Source: Gemmatimonadota bacterium (GTDB lineage Bacteria; Gemmatimonadota; Gemmatimonadetes; Palauibacterales; Palauibacteraceae). Taken from it: DNA of 64,000 nt. Position 1 is the stretch's first letter, and each line of letters begins with the position of its first letter. The stretch covers positions 780 through 64,779 of the forward strand of contig JBDGWG010000022.1 of assembly GCA_039585235.1 (NCBI GenBank), read 5' to 3'. Positions 34,330 to 44,096 of the stretch are shown one piece after another. Below the pieces are notes generated by a model, which ran no database searches, was not told the origin of the DNA, and saw only the letters and a list, made by a program, of their open reading frames with translations. A program made the position numbers and the translations under genes.

Positions 34330-36765
34330 TCAACCTGGCGACAGCGCCTCCGCCGGGTGGATCCTGCTGACCCGGCGGGCCGGGATGTAGCTCGCCAGGA
34401 TTCCCACCAGGGCGAGGGCCAGCACCACGCCGCCGAAAATCACTGGGTCGCGCGCGTCCACCTCGTACAGGATGATCTGAAGCGGCCGCGTGGCCAGGGC
34501 CGCCAGCCCGATTCCCAACGTGATCCCGATCGCGAGCTGTCTGAGGCCGCGCCGCATGGCGAGCCGGATCAGGCGTCCGTTGTATGCGCCGAGCGCCATC
34601 CGGATTCCCATTTCCCGGGTGCGCTGACTGACGCTGAACGACATCACTCCGTACAGACCCACGGCCGCGAGGAACAGCGCCACGAAGCCGAACGCCATGA
34701 ACAGGGTCCCAAACGTCCGGTAGAACCACGTCTGCTCGTCGATCACGTTCTGCATGGGCAGCGCGTCGAAGATCGGGAGGTTCGGGTCCATCGTGGCCAG
34801 CGTCTCCCGAACCCGGGAGGCCATGGCTCCCGGATCACCCATCGTGCGCGCGCCGACACTCACCGTGTTGCCGAGAATCTCGGCGAACTGCTCCACCGCG
34901 ATGTAGTAACCGGCCGGGCTCGCATCGTTGTTGCCGATACCCTCCATCTTCAGATCCGGCACGACGCCAACGACGCTCATCCACTCGTACACGTCGTCAC
35001 CCTGGTGAATTCGGAACCTCTTTCCGAGAGGCTCGCTGCCTTCGAAGAACTCGCGGACGAAGCTCCGGTTCACGAGCGCCACGGGCATGCTCTCCTTCGT
35101 GTCGGAGAACTCGAACGCCCTGCCGTCAAGTACCGGTGTCTGGAAGGTCGAGAAGTAGCCCGGCGTGACGATGCCTTCCCGAGCGCTCGGATAGTCACGG
35201 TCGGTCGGGTAATCTCCGCCCTCGATCTCGAACACCCGCATCCCGTTGCCACGGGCCGGGAGGCCGTCGGAAAGAGTGGCCGCCGCCACCCCCGGCGTCA
35301 CCTGCAGCCTCTGCAGGAACTCGCGGTAGAAAGCGGTCCGGGCGTCCGCGTCCGCGTAGTCAGTTTCCGGCAGGTTCAGCCGCGCCGTGAAGATGCTCTC
35401 GACGGCGAACGGGAAATCCATCGTCCGGAGCTGCGCCACGCTCTTGATCATGAGGCCGGCCGCGATGAGGAGCCCGCACGACACCGCGACCTCGCCGATC
35501 ACGATGATCGACGTGATCCGCCCCATGCGGAGCCCGGACGAGCCACGTCCCTCGTCCTTGAGCGCCTCGTTCATGCCGCGCCCTGTTGCCCGGAGTGCCG
35601 GGAACAGGCCGGCGGCCACGGCGGAGAGGGCCGTGATCGCGATGACGAACACCATCACGCGCCCGTCAGGGTCGAAGGACATCCAGAAAGGCGGGGGATT
35701 CACGGAGATCGCTCGATTGAACCACGCGACGCCGGCCAGGCCGATCAACACGCCGACTCCCGCTCCAACCGCCGACAGCACCCCGACCTCGATCAGAAAT
35801 TGCCGAATGATCCGCCGGCGGCCCGCCCCCATGGCAGAGCGCACGGCCACTTCCTTCTCGCGCACGGCGGCGCGGGCGAAAAGGAGATTCGCGACGTTGG
35901 CGCAGCCGATGAGAAGCACACCGATCGCGGCACCGAGCATGGTCATCAGGAGACCGAAGATCTCGTCGCCGATGACGAATTTCGTGTACGGCTCCACGAG
36001 CGGAGCGAATCCCTCGTTGGACTCCGGGAATTGTCCCTCTAGACGCATCCCGATAGTAGCGAACTCGGCGGATGCCTGGTCCAGGGAGACGCCGTTCTTC
36101 AACCGGCCGAAGCCCGGGTACTGCGGACCCTCGCCGCGCTCGTGTTCGAGGGGATCGACTTCCAGCGGCGCCCACATCTCGGCGTCGATGGGGAACTGGA
36201 AACCCTCGGGGGCCACCCCGACGATCGTGCGCTGCTCGCCGTTCGTTCGCACGGACATGCCGACGACGTCGGGGGAGCCATCGTACTTCTCCTGCCACAC
36301 CTCGTACCCGAGGATCATGACGGGATCGGCCCCGGGCTCGTCCTCGCCGGGCAGGAATCCACGGCCGATGATGGGAGCGACCCGGAGGATGTCGAACATG
36401 TTCGCGGTCACAAGGGCACCCTGGTAACGTTCGGGCTCATCGTCCGCGCCCACCAGGTTCACCGCGCCGCCTCCCCACAGGCCGAACGCCTCCAGACTGG
36501 ATTGCTGGTCCCGGTAGTCGACGTAATCGTGCAGCGGCACGCCACCCCGCTCGATGTCCCGCTCGGGGTTGGTGCGCCACACCGACACGATCCGGTCCGC
36601 ATCCTCGAACGGAAGGCCCTTGTACATGGCTCCGTTGACGATGCTGAACACCGTCGTGGTGAGTCCAATTCCGAGGGAGAACGCGACGACTGCGATGAGA
36701 GAAAGCACCGGCGACTTGAAGAGCATGCGGACGCCATACTTGACGTCCTTGAAGAATCCGTCCAT
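34330..36765 (-). CDS. ABC transporter permease, duplicated MacB/FtsX type (ADOP family)
   Basis: 811 aa. The N-terminus FKDVKYGVRMLFKSPVLSLIAVVAFSLGIG is typical of the family. It has two MacB_PCD plus FtsX modules. Confidence 0.85.
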   Translation of the reverse strand: MDGFFKDVKYGVRMLFKSPVLSLIAVVAFSLGIGLTTTVFSIVNGAMYKGLPFEDADRIVSVWRTNPERDIERGGVPLHDYVDYRDQQSSLEAFGLWGGGAVNLVGADDEPERYQGALVTANMFDILRVAPIIGRGFLPGEDEPGADPVMILGYEVWQEKYDGSPDVVGMSVRTNGEQRTIVGVAPEGFQFPIDAEMWAPLEVDPLEHERGEGPQYPGFGRLKNGVSLDQASAEFATIGMRLEGQFPESNEGFAPLVEPYTKFVIGDEIFGLLMTMLGAAIGVLLIGCANVANLLFARAAVREKEVAVRSAMGAGRRRIIRQFLIEVGVLSAVGAGVGVLIGLAGVAWFNRAISVNPPPFWMSFDPDGRVMVFVIAITALSAVAAGLFPALRATGRGMNEALKDEGRGSSGLRMGRITSIIVIGEVAVSCGLLIAAGLMIKSVAQLRTMDFPFAVESIFTARLNLPETDYADADARTAFYREFLQRLQVTPGVAAATLSDGLPARGNGMRVFEIEGGDYPTDRDYPSAREGIVTPGYFSTFQTPVLDGRAFEFSDTKESMPVALVNRSFVREFFEGSEPLGKRFRIHQGDDVYEWMSVVGVVPDLKMEGIGNNDASPAGYYIAVEQFAEILGNTVSVGARTMGDPGAMASRVRETLATMDPNLPIFDALPMQNVIDEQTWFYRTFGTLFMAFGFVALFLAAVGLYGVMSFSVSQRTREMGIRMALGAYNGRLIRLAMRRGLRQLAIGITLGIGLAALATRPLQIILYEVDARDPVIFGGVVLALALVGILASYIPARRVSRIHPAEALSPG

Positions 36766-36901
36766 GGCCCTGTCCCCTTCGACCCTAAGTCAACACCGCC
36801 CCCCGACCATGCACGTGGTCCCGGGGGCGGATTCCGCTCCGCCTCGATTCTATACGCGGGGAGTACCGACAGAGTTTCGCGGCGCTGGCGTCAGGTCACC
36901 T

Positions 36902-38071
36902 TCAGCCCAAAAGATTGCACAGGTACGCGGTCGCCACTCCCAGGTAGTTGCCCAGCGCGTACCCGATCAGGGCCAGCATGATCGAAATCGGGACGAGCTC
37001 CTCGCGGTGATACCCGGCGGCCACGGGCGCCGACGCGGCGCCGCCGACCGCAGCGACGCTCGCTACCGCCGCCATGCTCACGTCGAGCTTCAGGAGTCTG
37101 GCACCGACCAGCACGAAGATCAGGTGGATCGCGATCGTCAAGAAGCCCGCGATGAGAAAGAACTGCCCGCCCCCGAGCTGCCGCAGGTCGGCCGACGCCC
37201 CGATCATCGTCATGTACATATAGACGAAGGCCATGGCCAGCGGCTCCGTCCCGGGGACCTCTCGCAGCCGGGTGGCCGACAGTAGGATCCCGAACGTGGT
37301 CACCAGCAGGAGCGCCCACGTCCTCTGTGTGAGCACGGGAGGCAGCGGCGGCACCAGGGTGGAAAGCGCGTTGGCTACGAGGATAGCCACGAAGGCCCAG
37401 CCGAGGAGCGTCAGGATATCCCTGAAGTGGACCTCGTGCGTCTTTCGCTCCACCTGCTGCGTGGCCTCGGTGAAGTGGTCCAGCTGCGCCTGAGACACTC
37501 CGGTCCACCGGTTGAACGGCTTCGCCCATCGCTTACACACCAGGATCAGGGGGAAGTAGGCCAGATAGACGAAGTTGTCGACGATCACCACGAGACCCAG
37601 CTGCTCGCTCGGGGTGCCCAGGCTCTCGGCCACGGCGGCGAGGTTCCCGGTCCCACCGATCCAGCTACCGGCCAGCGCCCCGAACCCGGACCACGAGTCC
37701 GGCGGGAGGTTCGAACGGAATAGAACGAACGCTACGACCGCGCCCACCACGACGCCCACCGAGCCGATCACGAGGACGATGGCCCCACGCCAGGCCACCT
37801 TCATCGCTTCCTTGATGTTGATGTCTAGCAGCATCAGGACAATAAACAGGGGCACGGCGAACGACTTGAACGTGTCGTATACAGGGCTGTCTCGGGGAAT
37901 GACGCCGAAGTTGCTCAGGAACACCGGCGTCAGAAAGATCCAGATGATCGCCGGGAGGTAGTTGAATACCTTCCAGCCTGTCTTACGCTCGAGCCACAGG
38001 AAGATCACGGGAACCATCAGGATCACGGCCATGATCCCGATGAGGTCGGTGAAGATCGGCTCAGCGTTCAT
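36902..38071 (-). CDS. DUF819-family integral membrane protein
   Basis: About 11 TM helices across 389 aa, with the pattern WKVFNYLPAIIWIFLTPVFLSNFGVIP. Confidence 0.6.
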   Translation of the reverse strand: MNAEPIFTDLIGIMAVILMVPVIFLWLERKTGWKVFNYLPAIIWIFLTPVFLSNFGVIPRDSPVYDTFKSFAVPLFIVLMLLDINIKEAMKVAWRGAIVLVIGSVGVVVGAVVAFVLFRSNLPPDSWSGFGALAGSWIGGTGNLAAVAESLGTPSEQLGLVVIVDNFVYLAYFPLILVCKRWAKPFNRWTGVSQAQLDHFTEATQQVERKTHEVHFRDILTLLGWAFVAILVANALSTLVPPLPPVLTQRTWALLLVTTFGILLSATRLREVPGTEPLAMAFVYMYMTMIGASADLRQLGGGQFFLIAGFLTIAIHLIFVLVGARLLKLDVSMAAVASVAAVGGAASAPVAAGYHREELVPISIMLALIGYALGNYLGVATAYLCNLLG

Positions 38072-38242
38072 CTGCTCTCCGTTGCGTCGGCGCCGTGAAC
38101 GGCGTCCGCGTCTGTCCGGTGTCGGGCAAGGGCGACAAGCTAGGGCTCGCAGGGGCCCGCCGGGAGGGGCGCCTCTCGCAGGCCCGGTGATTGGCTATAC
38201 TAATAGAAAGCACCCGCAGGGGAGGACACGGACTGGGGAGGG

Positions 38243-39550
38243 GTGATGGCCAGAGGACTCGGAGGCAGAGGTGCGGTCGTCCTGGCGGCGGCGATCGCCG
38301 GTGTCCTGGCGTGGACCGAAGTGGCGACGGGCCAGGAAGCGGGACAGGAAATGGGAGAGGCGACGGAGCAAGAGGCCGACGCGCGCCTCGCGACCATGGC
38401 GACCGCCCTCGAAGCGGCCCGCGAGGATCTGATCGAAGTCCGCCGGGATATCCATCGTCACCCGGAGCCGTCCGGCCAGGAGGAGCGAACCGCGGCGCTG
38501 GTGGCGGATCGCTTGCGGGTTCTCGGCCTCGATGTCGAGACGGGGGTTGGAGGTCACGGCGTCGTGGGAGTGCTCCGCGGAGGGCTACCGGGTCCCGTCG
38601 TCGCGTACCGCGCCGATATGGACGCGGTGCATGACAACTCACCAGATCCTGTGCCGTTCCGGTCCGAAGTGCCCGGCGTTAGGCACATCTGCGGCCACGA
38701 CATCCACACGACGGTGGCCCTGGGTGTAGCCGAGGCGCTGGCCTCGATTCGTGACGAGCTCACGGGTACTGTCAAGTTCGTGTTCCAGCCGGCCGAAGAG
38801 AACGTCCAGGGCGCAAGAGCCATGATCGAGGACGGTGTGCTGGAAGACCCATCGCCCTCCGCCATCTTCGCGGTTCACACGGCTCCCCTGGAAGTCGGCC
38901 AGATCGGCGCGATCGAAGGGCTCGGGCTTCCCGGTATGGACCACGTCAGGATCAAGGTGTCGGGTGGCGGCGACCCAGGAGAAACGGCGCGAGCCGCGGC
39001 GCGGCTGATCTCAGGCGTCAGCACGGTAGGCCCTCCCGGTAGTCCGGAACCTGAAGGAGACGACTTCATCTGGGCGAACGCGCGGTCCGTCCTGGCCTCG
39101 GGAGGCGACGGGTACGTAGTCGTCGGCTCGGTGAAGGCCTCCGGCGACGAGGCGTACGCGACGGCCAAGAAACAGATTCAGGAGGGACTCGAGCTGCTCG
39201 TTCCGGAAGGTACGGAGTACAGCCTCGAATACCGAGACCGGGTGCTTCCCGACATGGTGAACGACGTGCAGCTCGTCCGCGAGTCGTACGAACCCCTACG
39301 ACTTGCTCTGGGCGAGGAAAACCTGATTCCGTCCGGTTCGACCCCGTACTTCGGGGAGGACTTCGCCTTCTATCAGCAGGTCATACCGGGGGCGATGTAC
39401 TGGCTGGGCGTGTCGAACTCGGAGAAGGGGACCGTGGGTATGCCGCACAGCCCGGGCTACGTGGCGGACGAAGAGTCCATCATGGTGGGATCGAAGGCCA
39501 TGGCTGCCGTTCTACTGGACTACCTGGACCGGGCCGGGTCTGGAAGCTGA
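38243..39550 (+). CDS. M20-family amidohydrolase (peptidase M20D / aminoacylase-like), secreted
   Basis: Motifs IHRHPEPSGQEERTAALVADRL, HICGHDIH and FVFQPAEE. Confidence 0.8.
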   Translation: MMARGLGGRGAVVLAAAIAGVLAWTEVATGQEAGQEMGEATEQEADARLATMATALEAAREDLIEVRRDIHRHPEPSGQEERTAALVADRLRVLGLDVETGVGGHGVVGVLRGGLPGPVVAYRADMDAVHDNSPDPVPFRSEVPGVRHICGHDIHTTVALGVAEALASIRDELTGTVKFVFQPAEENVQGARAMIEDGVLEDPSPSAIFAVHTAPLEVGQIGAIEGLGLPGMDHVRIKVSGGGDPGETARAAARLISGVSTVGPPGSPEPEGDDFIWANARSVLASGGDGYVVVGSVKASGDEAYATAKKQIQEGLELLVPEGTEYSLEYRDRVLPDMVNDVQLVRESYEPLRLALGEENLIPSGSTPYFGEDFAFYQQVIPGAMYWLGVSNSEKGTVGMPHSPGYVADEESIMVGSKAMAAVLLDYLDRAGSGS

Positions 39551-39625
39551 CCTCGGTCGGGCCTGGTGGGACGCGGCTGCAGGCGGCGGCGAATTCGTAT
39601 GAGCCGCTGCGTCGGCTCCGCGACA

Positions 39626-41260
39626 TCACGAATCGTCGCTATCGCTGAGCGCGGTGGCCTCGGCGAGCAGCCGCGAGACTTCGTCGGCCGGAACACCGAG
39701 ATTGGATCCGCCGAAATCGGCGAGAATCGCGAAGGTGACGGCGACCACCTCGCCGTTCAGAGACAGGACGGGGCCGCCGCTGCCGCCCCGGGTCGTCTCG
39801 GCGTCGTAGGCGACAGTCGAAGGAGTCACCTGGCCGACGATCCCGCGCGTAGCGAGAGGGCGAATGAACCCGGCGTCCGAGAGCTCGCGCACGACGGTCC
39901 AGAAATCAGGCCGTCTCTGCATGATGGAATCCGCGAACATGGGGCCGGAGCGGGCCAGCAGGGCGTCGATGCCCGCCGGATATCCGAGGACCAGGATGGC
40001 CTGCCCGGGGCCCGGATTATCTTCCGCGAGCCGGAGGGGTACGCGGCCTGCCAGCTCGGGCGCCCTGACGACCGCCAGGTCGGCTTCCCGGCTGGCCACC
40101 ACGAATTCGAGCTCGAGGGGCTCGGCCTGATCGGGCAGGTAGCCGAGTAGGCGCAGGCGAGGTTCGAAGCCTCTCTCGAACAGAGGCCCGATCTGTTCGT
40201 TCGTGCTCCACGGAATTGCCACGTGTCGGTTGGTCACGAGCAAGCCGTCCTCGCTCGCCAGCCAGGCGCTCCCGGTGAACTGCACCTCGAATAGTGGGCC
40301 GTCTCCTTCTATCGTCGTGAGGGGGATGCCACCCGGGCCGATTCGAGGTCTCCCGGACGGTCCGAGGAGCAGCCGCAGGGGACGGTTCGATCCACTTTCG
40401 ACGAACTGATAGCCGCCCTGCACGAAGATCACGGACGAAGAGGCGGCCATCACGACCCGCCGCCCCGCGTCACTCATGCGCTCCAGCACCTCGATGCGCC
40501 CCGTGAGAGCGTCCTGAAGGTCTGCCACCAGGGCACGGAGCTCAGGGTCCCCCTCGGCGAGGTTCGCCAAACTGCTGAGCGCATCGGCCACGCGGGCGCT
40601 ACGCGCCTCTTCCGCGTCGATTCGTCGCTCGAGGCGGAGTCCGTAGGCGGTCACGGTTCCGACCGTCACGAGGAGGACGGCGAACGCGCCGCCCACCACG
40701 ACGCGCGTGCGCGGAGATGTGCGGGTGAGGAGCTCGCGCGGCAGGGACACGAGGAACAGCGCGGATCGACGGATGGGGCCGCCCCGGCCGTGCCGGGCGC
40801 AATCCACGCAATCGCGCCACGCCTCCCTCAACGACTTGTACGGCCGCGCGTCACGAGTCTCCATGAGGAAGCGGACCACCGGACCGCCGGTGCCGATCTC
40901 GAGGATGTCTCCTGGAACCAGCGTGTCGCGCCCGTGCAGCCCTGGCACGTCGGCGCTGTTGAGATAGATCTGCCCTTCTTCCTCCACCACCGACCATCCG
41001 TCGTCGGCCCTCACGAGCAGCGCGTGTCGGCGGGCTACGACGGGGTCCGCTGCGGGGGGGAAGTGAACCACCGCGTCTCCGCTCGTCCCGACGAGGACCT
41101 CGTCGTTACGCAGGCGCTGGCGCATCCCCCGGTGCGGCCCCGTCAGGTGCAGCAGAACGGCTGCACCCCCGGAGGCGGGAGAACCCGATGACTCGGGAGG
41201 GCGCCGGTCCTCAGAGTCCTGGAACCGTCCTTCGATGACCGGTGTGCTGTCGGGCGCCAA
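39626..41260 (-). CDS. FHA domain / TM / coiled-coil / trypsin-like serine protease fusion
   Basis: The N-terminal FHA-like segment is LVGTSGDAVVHFPPAADPVVARRHALLV...IYLNS. The TM segment is VVVGGAFAVLLVTVGTV. The protease triad context is TNRHV, ADLAVV and GGSGGPV. Confidence 0.75.
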   Translation of the reverse strand: MAPDSTPVIEGRFQDSEDRRPPESSGSPASGGAAVLLHLTGPHRGMRQRLRNDEVLVGTSGDAVVHFPPAADPVVARRHALLVRADDGWSVVEEEGQIYLNSADVPGLHGRDTLVPGDILEIGTGGPVVRFLMETRDARPYKSLREAWRDCVDCARHGRGGPIRRSALFLVSLPRELLTRTSPRTRVVVGGAFAVLLVTVGTVTAYGLRLERRIDAEEARSARVADALSSLANLAEGDPELRALVADLQDALTGRIEVLERMSDAGRRVVMAASSSVIFVQGGYQFVESGSNRPLRLLLGPSGRPRIGPGGIPLTTIEGDGPLFEVQFTGSAWLASEDGLLVTNRHVAIPWSTNEQIGPLFERGFEPRLRLLGYLPDQAEPLELEFVVASREADLAVVRAPELAGRVPLRLAEDNPGPGQAILVLGYPAGIDALLARSGPMFADSIMQRRPDFWTVVRELSDAGFIRPLATRGIVGQVTPSTVAYDAETTRGGSGGPVLSLNGEVVAVTFAILADFGGSNLGVPADEVSRLLAEATALSDSDDS

Positions 41261-41464
41261 GCGCGATGCTCCCTTCGGGCCGAGCAGTGGACGTCGAGGC
41301 TCTGACCAACGTAGATGTAAACACGCGGGTCGGGAACAGGTTTCGGCAAACAGCGCGTCCGGACATAAGCCCGCACCGCGAGGTGTGGGCCGCTGGACGA
41401 GACTTTGACCGATCAGGAGTGTATCCTACCTGACCCGCGGGACCCCCGACCGAGAGGCTCGATC

Positions 41465-42199
41465 ATGTGGGAACGAATCCTCGCCGTGGACCTCGAAGCC
41501 ACGGGTCTCGACCCGCGGCAGGATCGGATCGTTGAGCTGGCGATCGTGCGGGCCGAGGACGGCCTCGTTCTCCTGCACGAGCGCTTTCACCCCGGCATGC
41601 CGATCCCGCCCGCCGCTACGGCGGTGCACGGCATAGCCGACGTGGACGTGGCCCGCCGGGACCATTTTGCGGTGCACTCGGCTCGCGTCCAGAAGATGCT
41701 CGAAAATGCCGTCCTGCTCGGTTACAACTCACGGCGCTACGATACGGTGATGATCGACGCGGAGCTCCGCAGGGCGGGAGAGCCCGGCCTGGACCTGGCG
41801 ACGTTGCCGGAGATCGACCTGCTACGGGTGTGGGCCAAGACCGAGCGCCGGACACTGGGCCTGGCCGTGCAGCGCTTCCTGGGCCACGGGCACGAGGGAG
41901 CGCACTCCGCGCTGTCGGACGCCGAAGCCCTGGTCCCGCTGGCCCGCGCCATGAAACGGGCCTGGGCGCTCGAGGATTACGATCTCCTCGACTTGAGCCG
42001 GAGCCGCGACGAGGTGGATCGATCGCGTCGCCTGAAGTTGGACCCCAGCGGCGAGGTCGTCTTCAACTTCGGCAAGCACGCCGGCGAACCCGTCCGGGAC
42101 CACGACGACTACGTGGACTGGATGCTGGAGTCGGACTTCCCGGCGGACACTCTCGAGGCCATCCGTCGCCTGAAAGAGAACGGCTGGCGCTGGCCCTGA
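41465..42199 (+). CDS. DEDDh 3'-5' exonuclease (DnaQ-like) with a DUF3820-like C-terminal domain
   Basis: Motifs ILAVDLEATGLDP, GYNSRRYD and HSALSDAEA, with a C-terminal FGKHAGEPVRDHDDYVDWML. An alternative start at 41405 is possible. Confidence 0.8.
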   Translation: MWERILAVDLEATGLDPRQDRIVELAIVRAEDGLVLLHERFHPGMPIPPAATAVHGIADVDVARRDHFAVHSARVQKMLENAVLLGYNSRRYDTVMIDAELRRAGEPGLDLATLPEIDLLRVWAKTERRTLGLAVQRFLGHGHEGAHSALSDAEALVPLARAMKRAWALEDYDLLDLSRSRDEVDRSRRLKLDPSGEVVFNFGKHAGEPVRDHDDYVDWMLESDFPADTLEAIRRLKENGWRWP

Positions 42200-42229
42200 C
42201 CGCGGCTGGCGTCGACCCTGACCTGGTGG

Positions 42230-43018
42230 CTAGCGCTCGGCCAGCGTGATGACGGCGAACGTGGCCCCCATGGGATCGGCCAACCACGAGAAGCGGCCTA
42301 CGCCGGGAATGTCCATCGTCGGAGCGATCGTCGAGGCGCCCAGCTCGACCGCCTTCGCCACAGTAGCGTCGCAGTCGTCTACCGAGAAGTACGTGGCCCA
42401 GTGAGGCGGGACTTCCCCCCAGTCGGACTGGATCTGCATCATCCCTCCGGTAGGCGCCTCTCCGAGCATGAAGCTCGTGTACTTGCCGGTGGGCGGCGGC
42501 ATCTCCTGCTCGTGCGCCGTCCATCCGAACAGCCCTCCGTAGAACGACCTGGCCGCCCCTGTGTCGAGGGTGAGGAGTTCGTTCCAGCACAACGCTCCAT
42601 GCTCGCTCTTGAGTCCGACGCCGTGGCGCTCGCCCGCTTGCCACACGTAGAACAACGCCCCGGCCGGATCCTGCAGCACCGACATGCGCCCCGAATCGGG
42701 TACGTCGAAAGGTCCGGCGAGCACCAGGCCGCCCAGGTCCCGCGCTCTCTCGGTCGCCTCATCGACTGAGTCCACCGCCACATAGGATCCCCAGCAGTCG
42801 GGCCCGGCATTCGGCTGCTTCGGATCCGCCTGGTACAGGGCCGCCGTGTACCTGCCGCCGTTGTGGAACATCGTGTAGGTGGAATCCTCGGACATCGGGA
42901 CCTCCTCCGCCTCCCAGCCGAACAGGGCGGAGTAGAAGGAGCGTGCGGCTCCCTGGTCGCTCGATGCGAGCTCGACCCAGCAGAAGGTCCCTGCCGCGTG
43001 CTTCGGGGTCTCCGCCAT
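42230..43018 (-). CDS. Two-domain VOC (glyoxalase/bleomycin-resistance fold) protein
   Basis: A duplicated pattern is present: FCWVELASSD...FYSALFGW and LCWNELLTLD...FYGGLFGW. Confidence 0.75.
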   Translation of the reverse strand: MAETPKHAAGTFCWVELASSDQGAARSFYSALFGWEAEEVPMSEDSTYTMFHNGGRYTAALYQADPKQPNAGPDCWGSYVAVDSVDEATERARDLGGLVLAGPFDVPDSGRMSVLQDPAGALFYVWQAGERHGVGLKSEHGALCWNELLTLDTGAARSFYGGLFGWTAHEQEMPPPTGKYTSFMLGEAPTGGMMQIQSDWGEVPPHWATYFSVDDCDATVAKAVELGASTIAPTMDIPGVGRFSWLADPMGATFAVITLAER

Positions 43019-43151
43019 CGTCTCCTCCTCCGTTAAGAACGGGGCCGACCCGTCGGACAGCCCTCTCCCACGGTTCTCACCACCCTCACGCTACCAGAAT
43101 AATCGGTGAACGAGCCGAATCAAGGTGCGAGCGAGCGCAGGCGTGACGGGA

Positions 43152-43586
43152 TCAGCGACGCCGGCGCGAACGGGGAAGCGGGCGGACCTGCAAACCTGGG
43201 ATCCGGCGGAAACGACCGGTTCGCGATGTCACGATCTCCAGTCCGTGATACAGGGCGGTCGCGGCAACCTGAAGCTCCTGGCTCGACAGGAACCCATCGT
43301 CCTCGAGGGCGGCCCGCAGCTCACCGAACGTTCGGGCTACCGCGACGTCGAAAGGGAGGACCGTCAGGGCCGGCAGGACCCGTTCCTCGATGTTTCGTAC
43401 GTGATAGTCCGGTTCCCCGGACTGGTCGGCGCTGCGATACACCTCTGCAACCGAGATGGCACTCGTGTACTGCTCCTCCCGCGGAACGGAGCGGAGCCAC
43501 TCCAGATAGGCCTGGCGGGGCTCGGATCGCAAAGCCTCCGCGATGGCGTCGGCGTGAAACAGGTAGGCCGTCACAATCGAAGACAC
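43152..43586 (-). CDS. PIN-domain VapC-like toxin homologue, with possibly degenerate active-site residues
   Basis: The FitB/VapC-like pattern is (LFHADAIAEALRSEP..YLEWL, SAISVAEV, LPFD, QVAATAL, IVTSRTGRF). Where LLDTN is expected the sequence reads LFHAD, and where TRD.DF is expected it reads TSRTGRF. It has a GTG start, a weak RBS, and a 66-nt gap after the antitoxin. Confidence 0.55.
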   Translation of the reverse strand: MSSIVTAYLFHADAIAEALRSEPRQAYLEWLRSVPREEQYTSAISVAEVYRSADQSGEPDYHVRNIEERVLPALTVLPFDVAVARTFGELRAALEDDGFLSSQELQVAATALYHGLEIVTSRTGRFRRIPGLQVRPLPRSRRRR

Positions 43587-43652
43587 CTGCCCCGGTCCGG
43601 GTTCGTCACGCTGACGGGACCCGAAGATCGGGGAATGAGGGGTATTGGCGCG

Positions 43653-43907
43653 TCAGCTGGAACGTCTGCCTAGACGAACGAGCCGCGCGAGCTTGTCCGA
43701 GCCCTTCCATCCGCCGGCGACGCTGGCGAGTCCGCCTTCGGGACCCGCCGCCCGCAGGCGCGTCAGGTGCTCCACGTCGGTCGCCTGGACCAGTGCCGCT
43801 ACCGGCTTGCCGTGGCGGCTGATGATGATCGGCTCGCCATCTTCGGCCCACCGGACGCACGCGGCGAATGTGGCCTTGGCCTGTGCAACGGAAAGTGTGC
43901 GGGGCAC
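43653..43907 (-). CDS. Phd/YefM-family antitoxin
   Basis: The GTG at 43907 lies 6 nt after AAGGAGG. The pattern is LSVAQAKATFAACVRWAEDGEPIIISRHGKPVAALV. Confidence 0.7.
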   Translation of the reverse strand: MPRTLSVAQAKATFAACVRWAEDGEPIIISRHGKPVAALVQATDVEHLTRLRAAGPEGGLASVAGGWKGSDKLARLVRLGRRSS

Positions 43908-43937
43908 CTTGACCCTCCTTGTGGATGAATCACCAAA

Positions 43938-43963
43938 ATGGTCATTAAGACTATTATGACCAT
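43938..43963. promoter_or_regulatory. Inverted repeat, candidate autoregulatory operator, upstream of the antitoxin
   Basis: ATGGTCAT-N10-ATGACCAT overlaps AT-rich -10-like hexamers (CATAAT on the minus strand). Confidence 0.45.
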
Positions 43964-44096
43964 AATATTGGGACTGCCGTGCGGCAAGGGGTATGACACC
44001 GGGTCGCGGCGTCGGACTCGCCGCCGTGTCCTCACCCACCTGAGGAGGTCATCGAGGGGCCTGCCACCCGTCGGATGGGCGTGATATGTTGCCCCA

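Noticed and set aside
34357-36042. 561-aa ORF on the plus strand
   Set aside because: It is antisense to the ADOP permease. The translation is His/Arg/Asp/Glu-rich and lacks any domain signature.
43584-43655. The antitoxin and PIN ORFs are in the same reading frame, separated by a single TGA and 22 sense codons, so a stop-codon readthrough fusion is conceivable
   Set aside because: There is no recoding signal and no selenocysteine-insertion-like hairpin. The intervening peptide (RANTPHSPIFGSRQRDEPGPGQ) looks non-functional. The shared frame has a one-in-three chance of occurring by coincidence.
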